From Oopsacas minuta (taxonomy: Eukaryota; Animalia; Porifera), in assembly GCA_024704765.1 (NCBI GenBank), contig JAKMXF010000111.1:1371372-1435371 (forward strand): DNA of 64,000 nucleotides, in the 5' to 3' direction. Every line of letters starts with the position of its first letter. Position 1 is the first letter of the stretch. Under the pieces are notes generated by a model, which saw only the letters and a program-made list of their open reading frames with translations, did no database searches and was not told where the DNA came from. Below, one piece after another: positions 56,155 through 64,000 of the stretch. A program made the position numbers and the translations under genes.

Positions 56155-59100
56155 CTAAAGAGCTGGAAAAATAGAATTTGTATAATGATTCTTAATATCC
56201 TTGATAATTTCTTCCTCAGAGAGGTTAGACCATCTATTGTCAATTTGTTCATTACCTAATATCTCGTAATAGGCAACAAATTTTTTTGAAACGTGTAGAG
56301 AACCCACTGCCAGTACTTAGAGACAATTGAATCGTCTGCTAAGATCTTCCAGGACTTGAAATACTCGTTAACTGTTCGATAGTTTGGGTAGTTATATAAT
56401 TTCTCTTCAAAAAGAAATGTATGATTACACCGAATACTTGTAGTACATTCATCTACATCTATTTTACGTGAATTAATAAAATGCCATCCACTGATTCCTT
56501 GAGGTCTATGGAATGTTCCACAGTAATGCTTATGTTCTCCAGCTGATAGTTGACAAGGTTCTTTACAGAATGGACACAATGCTCTGCATTCAACTAATGA
56601 ACTAGCAATTATTTCTTGTAATTCATAGAAGATATCTAAAGTCAAGACCTTAGAGATCCAAGCTCTCCAGTTGAATGTTTTAATAGAATCTTCTAATGTT
56701 TTTGCAAATAAGTCTGAAAACTGTTCATAATTTTCAACATCATACATATCCAAAATATCCAAGTCGCTGAGTTTTACACTCCTTACAAACTTGATGATAG
56801 ATTCATGAAAATGCTGTTTCCATTCATCCCATGAGTCTATGTTTCGAGAAACAGAATTGGCCGCATCAATACAATGAGTTTTGAGATCCTGAGTAGTCTG
56901 GTTTAAAGTAAATAAAATGTTAGTTATTACAGTTTCCTCTTTGGAATATTCTTGAATATTCTTTAAAATAAATGAATTAATATAACTGAATGGAGAGTTT
57001 ATATACGAAATGTAATCTTCAAAGACTTTCTTTTTAGCTAAGTCTTTCAGGATGTAGAGATGTAGGAAGCCTCGGTTAGAGTAGGTTGAATCATGTTTTG
57101 GATCGTTAACGAATAAATGTTGCAGAAGTTGAAGCAATGTATCTTTGAGATACATTCTGATACCGGAAAAAATAATTGAAGATAATTTGCTAGCGCATAA
57201 ATTCTCAGATTTAATACCTGAACATATTTGAGAAAATATTTCCCTCATTGAAGATTCTAATGATCCAAGCTTAAATTCTAAACTATTCTGTTCAATAAAA
57301 TGATCTTGCAACTCTTCAAATGTTGTTATAGCTCTGCAACATTGATAGAATGTAAAATCAAAAATATAATGATTCGTGAATAATATTGCTTGGCGAGCGT
57401 TAGTACTCTTCTCAGTTGTATTGTGTTCAGTTATCAGGCTGATACATTTGTCTATTAGGAAAGAAAAATAATCAATCGAGTAATTACCATTTTTTGGGAA
57501 TTTTCTTATAATACTATCAATTATTTGAGTATGATCGGTTTGTATAGATTGCAGTCTCTGTTGATTTGCATTTGAAATCTGATTATTAATATTTAAAAAA
57601 ACAAATAAGATAGATCTTTGTTGATAATCAACTATTTTATAATAACTGTTTTCATGAGTTTGTGGTATTGAAAGAGTGGTGTAAAGTTCATCAAACTCAA
57701 CCCTCCCTACTAACTTGAATTTTGTGCTATCTAATATCAAACCCTGCTTCATATTAAATACATCGAGCTGTTTCAATTTAGAATATTTAAACAACACCTC
57801 TTGTAGATCATTTGATATATCAGTAGTGTCAATTGGAACACACTGAAAGGAAGATTTCCAGTCTCTCCAAACTGTATCGAATAGATTATTAGGAGAGCCT
57901 GACTTATCAAAGGAACTCTTATCATTGTATGCGCTAAATAGACGTCGTACTTCAATAATCAATTCCTTTCGGCAGAGAGAAAACTTGTTGTCCATAATTT
58001 GTTTTTGTTTTTCGACATTGTAAATAATTTCACACTCTTCCTGAATACGTTCTAATTCTTTCTTTTTGCAACATTGGAAATATGCTCAGTATTACACTTC
58101 CACTGTGCAAAAATAGCTTTCTTCTCATGCTGAACAAAAAAGTGGTCAATCAACTTTTCGGATTCTGAATACTCTTTGACTATTCTAATCAAATCGGTAG
58201 TAATGTCTTGCAATGTATCTTGAAGAAATTCAAACTCGACATTGTAGAGTTTGTTTATAAATTCAGATTTGACAGCTGTCATAGCTTGTATGAAGTTTGA
58301 ATACCAACAGCACATAGCACCATCCAATTCAACACGAGCATTCACTTCAAGAATATTCCTATAGCTGAATACAAAGTTTTCTTTTAACACTGAGTTCCAT
58401 AGATCTGATAATTTTTTCTTCCATTCTCTAACAGATTGAAATCTTGTATCCTGAGTTGCATTGTGTTTAATGATCTTCGTTTTCAACTCTTGTGCTTTTT
58501 CTATGTATCCAGGAGCGATAGAAGTCATTGGGGGTTGTCCCTCAAAAAGGCTTGGAAAGTAGAATACATCTTCCTCAGGGTTAAACTCTATGACGTCACA
58601 GAACTGGGAAAATTGCAGCTCTTTGTTTTCCTGTTGAGCAGCGCATAAAGTCATCCCATTTAAAGTGTCAATTAATTTCCTCCTTGCTATTATTAAATTG
58701 GTTTGTGCTTGAATGTCACCCACATTTTGATGCACAAAAATGCATTTGGGCTTTTTTACAGTCAATTTCATTCGTATGAATGCAATTATGGTTATTTGCA
58801 AGATATCCTGAACTTCTGAGTGGCTCTCTCCCTTTATGTTAATCAGAGCTAAATCCGCTAATCCTACTGCGAATGTAGCCATTTCATTGTCCCTGTGATA
58901 GGAGGGACCTCCAGACAGTTCTGGGGCCCGGAGTCCCTCTGTATCGAGCAGCAAAAGGAAATCATACCCAACTTTGCTTCTGAAATCATCAGTAATTGGT
59001 ATGACCTGTAGGAACAATCCACGGGTACAGCGACCTGATGAGACTGGGAAATTAATACCAAACATTGTATTCAGTAGGGTAGATTTTCCGCTACTTTGAA

Positions 59101-61069
59101 TTCCAAGAACTGAAACTACAAACAACCTTTTGTCTATTCCTACAATTTCAGATAGTTTAGTCAATACTGCAGATACCCATGTGAGAGGAACATGATTATC
59201 ATCTCCATTTAAAATCTCAAAGGAATGTCCCTGAAGAAGTAAATGGGCTGCAATATCTGGTAGGTGAGTAGGATAGAATTTAAGGTTATTTTTTACACCA
59301 GCCTTCAATTTTGAATCATTGCAAGCGATAACAGCTTCGTATATCTGACTGAATTCACGAAATACATGCTCAATACCTAGTGATGAACGAGCTATGGCTT
59401 CTGCAGCTTCTATTAAACAAGTTTTAGCCTTTTTCTGCTTGGCCTCTCTCTCAGTTACACCAATAGACGCTGAATTCCAAGTGTAAGATTCCGCTATACA
59501 TCTTTTGTACTGGTTAAATAAGATAGGGAGATGGTTTTTAGATATGGAATTTAATTTGTCCTTCAATAGTTCAAAAAATTGATGAATTTCACGTTCATCA
59601 CTAAAATGTTTTTGACATTCATTCATTATCCCACACACAAAATGTGAAGGCTTAGATAATTCCTGTATTTGGGAGGATCTAGCTTTTTCTTGTTTTCCCT
59701 TCGCACTAGAAATAAATTCTTCCACATTTCTCGTACGATCACTAACCACGAGATGTAATTCTCTGTTAGAGTCAGCCCAGCTTTTGAAGTATTGCTGTAG
59801 AGGCAATAATTTGTTTTTCATATCTGCCAGAGGTTGGGGATTATTATCATCAGGAATATTCTCAGGAAAATCTTTACAAATAGAGTTGATGAGCTTTTGT
59901 TTCGATGCAATATCATTCTTAAAATCACAAACTATTCCAATTTTACTTGCAACACCAACACAACCTGATAGTGAGATTGGAGGAATATTAGACTCATTTA
60001 AAAAATGTGAGATAGATTTAGCAATTCGGCCAGAGTCATCACAGAGGTTATTCTTATGAAGGAAGAGGTTATTCTTATCCTCCAAAATGCTAGGAATATT
60101 CTCAAGTTTTTTCTTAGAAACTCTATAAACAATAAATATAACTTTAGATTCAAATGTACTTTTAATGTTCTCTAATTGATGAGATATTTCTTGTGTCAGC
60201 TTTGAAAGAGAAACAAATATATAAACTAATGTAGAAATTTGACCAATAAAGGAACTTTGTTTATCAAATAGACTAGAATCTCCTCTAAGATTGAGCAAAA
60301 TAAAATGTTGATTAATTTTCCTATTTTCTTTATTCTTTGGTAGATACCAAGCAATTTCAACTGTCCCATCCAGGAGAAATCTCTTCTTTGTACTACCAGG
60401 AGAATTTCTAAAAGAGAAATACTCGTGTCTGATATTTAGGATTTTATTTAATAATTCTGATTTTTGACTTTTCTCGCATCCTCCAATTCTAATAAATGAC
60501 ACAATTGGGAGAGGTTCCTTGACAGCAGAAAAGCACCTTGTATCATTTTCATCTACATAACGATTCAAAAAGAGAGTTTCGAAGGCAAAATGATTTAGAG
60601 TAGTCTCATTCTTGTCACTGTCATGAGTTATGAGTGGGAGTGACAACTGACACTTGGCTAACTGATTGACAATAGTTTGTCTAAAGATAGGAGTTGATAT
60701 CGAAAACAAATAAAGAAATATATCCATTGGATGAACTAGATCGTCATCTTCATCTTCATCTTCATTTAAGAATGATATTGAATTAGAGTATAAATTGTCT
60801 GGAGTTTCCACCTGTGTAATAATAGGCAGTGTTCTGCTAGACGTATCTAGTAGCATTATTCTTTTCAACATGTAACGTGGGAGATCAGATTTGGAGGAAA
60901 GTTTTGAATTAGTCTTAAAACAATCAAGAGAAATAGCATTGGGTAGAGTCAGTTTGCTAGGAGGAGAGGGAGGTAGATCTAAGCATCGGGAAAGTTCTTC
61001 CATTCCAGGTGTGTTGCTAGGATTTGGGAAGCAAGTTAAGAAGATACTAAACAGTGGAAAGACATACAA
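56155..61069 (-). pseudogene. Interferon-induced very large GTPase (VLIG/GVIN1)/URGCP-like gene with two frameshifts in A-runs (near 58063 and 56284); pseudogene or sequencing error
   Basis: Motifs VHPMDIF, CQLSLPL, LDGTVEIAWYLP, LNLRGD, P-loop VSVLGIQSSGKSTLLNTMFG, GRCTRG, LLDTEGL, FVHQNV and CPFCKEPC...H...FHRPQG. Homology continues in the -1 frame after each premature stop. Confidence 0.85.
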
Positions 61070-61204
61070 TGATGGTATATTACAAACAATAATTACATAT
61101 ATAAATAAATTTATGTCATTGTGTCTGCCACATATAGAAATATATAGGTTCAGTTCATAATATCCAGAACCAAATATTACACAACATAACTACAACAAAT
61201 CAAC

Positions 61205-61400
61205 ATTATACTGGGGTAATCGAGTATGCTGATTCCGAATGATATTGTAAACAACATATTGTGAATATTTGTTTACTTTTAGGTATATAAAGTAAACAAA
61301 TTTCAAAATTGTGGTAGAAACATGCTTTCAATGGTTATACTGAGGTAATCGAGTATGCTGAGTCCGAATATGAATATTGTAAACAACATTTCTAAGTTTA
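61205..61400 (+). repeat. Tandem pair of the ~130-bp repeat family
   Basis: G[G/A]GGTAATCGAGTATGCTGA[T/G]TCCGAAT near 61213 and 61343; the spacer closely matches 32100-32170. Confidence 0.8.
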
Positions 61401-62801
61401 TTTCAAATTTGGATACACAGTTGTAGTGTAGACGTTGGATGAAGATAACATGACCACGTCAGTTTGATTAATTGACTGTTTGTTTTGTAGTATAATACAA
61501 ACAGTTAATTAATAGAATTGAATTAGATGGGGTACATGAACCTTGTGAAATTAGCTGGATATTCAACATTCACATTCATTCGACATTGGACATTCATATT
61601 CATCCCTATTTTAAGCTTAAATTAGATTGTATCAGTCTTGTATTAATTGGCATCAATCTGTATTACCTTGTATCAGTCTGTATCAATCAGTAAACCTTGC
61701 TTAAACTTTGCTTAAACTTTTCAACTCTTTCAAACTGCTAGCGCGTTTTCTATTATCTCTCCCATCGGATCCTCAACGGGCTCAGCAATTCCTAGTATGA
61801 TAGCGGATGAGGGCGGTTCCTGTTCTTGGTTGGTTTTCAAGGATAAAATTTCCACACTTCAATTCCCTTACCAACTCTTTACTGTCGCTGTAGTCTGTAG
61901 ACATCTTGTTGTTTGGTAAGGCTTTTTAGATATTGTGATATTCGGTTATCATTTCAAATTTTGTAACTGAAATAGTATGATGGCTCGAATATCATATTGA
62001 CAAACCTATTGAAATTTATTTTTCAGTGTTAGGGTGGCGCGATGGATTTAGAACCAATCTGGACAATTTCAATCGTATATTACAAAGAAATTGGGCATTC
62101 CAGGACAAAGAAGAACCAAAACCTGGACATAAACCGGACAACATAAAATTTATGATAACTAGCATATTATGAGGATAGGAGACCAAAGTGGACAAAACGT
62201 AACCAGTACGCTGATACCGATTACGTTTTGTCGCGATTGATATTTGTTGTTCACGATAAAAGGTAAAAAATCAAAGTACATATACAGTTAATATCTGGTA
62301 ACTCAAACTCTAGATTCAGGGTGTTGGCTGTACTCTCTAGCCACAGAAATGTGTTTTTTAAGGAATACATACAACTTGTGACATAGACAATTCGTGACAT
62401 GATTATTGATTAGAGGATCGAGATTATTGTGGTAATTAATTAAATTTCTCGTATTTGATAGTATGTAATGATTGTAAAATAGCAACGTACTTATATCTTT
62501 CGTGGGTTTTATTATACAGCGATCATCGGTAATCGGTAGTTTCTATAAAAAACCCCAAACCACCTCTACCAGTATAAAGCACAGGTCTCACCAAGCTTGT
62601 ACACAACTGCCATACTCCTGTTATTCAAGAGAATTGATATAATCCAATTTACATCACAGAGTTTAGAATTACGCAATAGTTCATAAATATTCTGCGTACA
62701 TACTCTTTAGATGATTCCGAGTGCAACACAATTTGAAACATCTGATTACAAAATACATTACAGACTGAAATTATATTCGCGAAGTAACTCGTAGTTACAC
62801 T

Positions 62802-63301
62802 TAGGGTTGACAGATTTTCCAATTGCTAAACCCAGACAATTTGACTCTCTACAGTGTTAGCCATATTTCTGCCTAATATTCCATTAAAATTTGAGTGCGA
62901 TACACATCGAACTCTGAAACAGCCATACAGCATATAGGCCCGGATTGAGAACTTGGGGGCTCCTGCAAATGAATTTCAGTACGTAATTATCCTAAAATAG
63001 CTATTGATCGAGCGAGCGAATAGAGTTTTACCTTCTACTAGGTAGTTCACTGGACAATCAGTAAATGTAATTCCTGAGGTAATGATGTATCTCGCAAATT
63101 TATGACGAGCGAGCGAGCGAGAACATTTCTGTGTTTTCTTAGGATTTAGTCAAACCTAGATGAGTATAGAAGAAATTGACTGTCCTGAGTAATCGGAAAG
63201 GAATTAAACTTCTCCAAACCCGGACAAATGGCTCTAAATCCGGACACAAATCAATCGAAAAGCAGATTCTTCGGCTCAAAACCGGACGCCTGGCAACCCT
63301 A
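62802..63301. mobile_element. hAT-type MITE (TAGGGTTGCCAGA family), 500 bp
   Basis: Ends TAGGGTTGACAG and CTGGCAACCCTA; 8-bp TSD GTTACACT (62794-801) and GCTACACT (63302-09); CCGGAC subterminal repeats. Confidence 0.85.
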
Positions 63302-64000
63302 GCTACACTACTAAGTATACTTGTGGATAGTGTTAGCTTGGCCCAATACAAATTGTCACGAATTGTATGTATTCCGTTATTTTAATATCTCGTTATTATT
63401 TAAACTAATAAAGCAGGGATCGCTTTAAAGTTTAAATTTGAGCGGATTCTTCATCAAAAAAAGCCCAATTAGCCAAGTATTGAAAATTTAGCAATTGTGG
63501 GCCTCACATTAGTGAAATTCTCTGGCAATTTGGTAGAATTTTGTTGAAGTTTGATCACTGATTTCAATTTGAAATCAAACGAAGAATGAAAAATTTCTAT
63601 TTCGATCAAAGTTCTACCAAACTTTCTGAGTTAAACTTGTTGGAAAGATATGTAAACTTTGATCGAAAAAAAAAATTTTGATCAAAAATGGAAAAATTTG
63701 TTCGAAAATAGAGGAAATTGGATTGTGAAAGTAGGCAATGTGTTAATTAATTAAAATAACAAAAACAAAATAATGCCTATAATGAAAACTTTCTCAACGA
63801 TACAACAAAATTGATAACACTGCCCTGCGTCAAATTTGCTGATTATTATCCATGGGTTGTTTTTAGTTAACTTGAGTATGCTGATTCTCAATCTGTCATC
63901 AGAATTCCCCTATCACGTCTCGTTTTTACTCAAATGTCATTTTAATGTAAGTCGATTTTTTTAAGTACACTTCCCTAGAATAAATGATTATATTTGATAC

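Noticed and set aside
62029-62200. TAGGGTGGC end with CCGGAC repeats as the left end of a larger hAT element ending at 63301
   Set aside because: The TSD matches the 62802 end instead; this is probably a separate truncated relative.

Overview
AT-rich, gene-dense eukaryotic DNA with short GT-AG introns (many 55-65 bp). The gene content is metazoan; a compact early-branching animal such as a sponge is my inference, not proven. Genes: NAP1-like chaperone, a basic orphan, SEC16, trifunctional MTHFD1, glutaminyl cyclase, RAD54, an alpha/beta hydrolase, an F-box/RCC1 protein, a claudin-like tetraspan protein, an SRCR-EGF receptor, CCDC12, a DPF/d4 BAF subunit, glycogen phosphorylase, a type IV diacylglycerol kinase and a very large GTPase (VLIG/URGCP-like) broken by two frameshifts. 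RAD54 has 6 exons, the last missed by the ORF track, and hosts two antisense intronless genes (PNPO and an LRR-EGF receptor). The 13-exon phosphorylase hosts an antisense RhoGEF and an 86-unit telomere-like decamer array in one intron. Intergenic DNA and introns carry many non-autonomous DNA transposons (hAT-, Tc1/mariner- and PIF-like MITEs, several with clear target-site duplications). There is also a dispersed ~130-bp repeat family ending in structurally conserved triloop hairpin clusters. No rRNA, tRNA, CRISPR array or transposase gene was recognised. Exon boundaries were read by eye.
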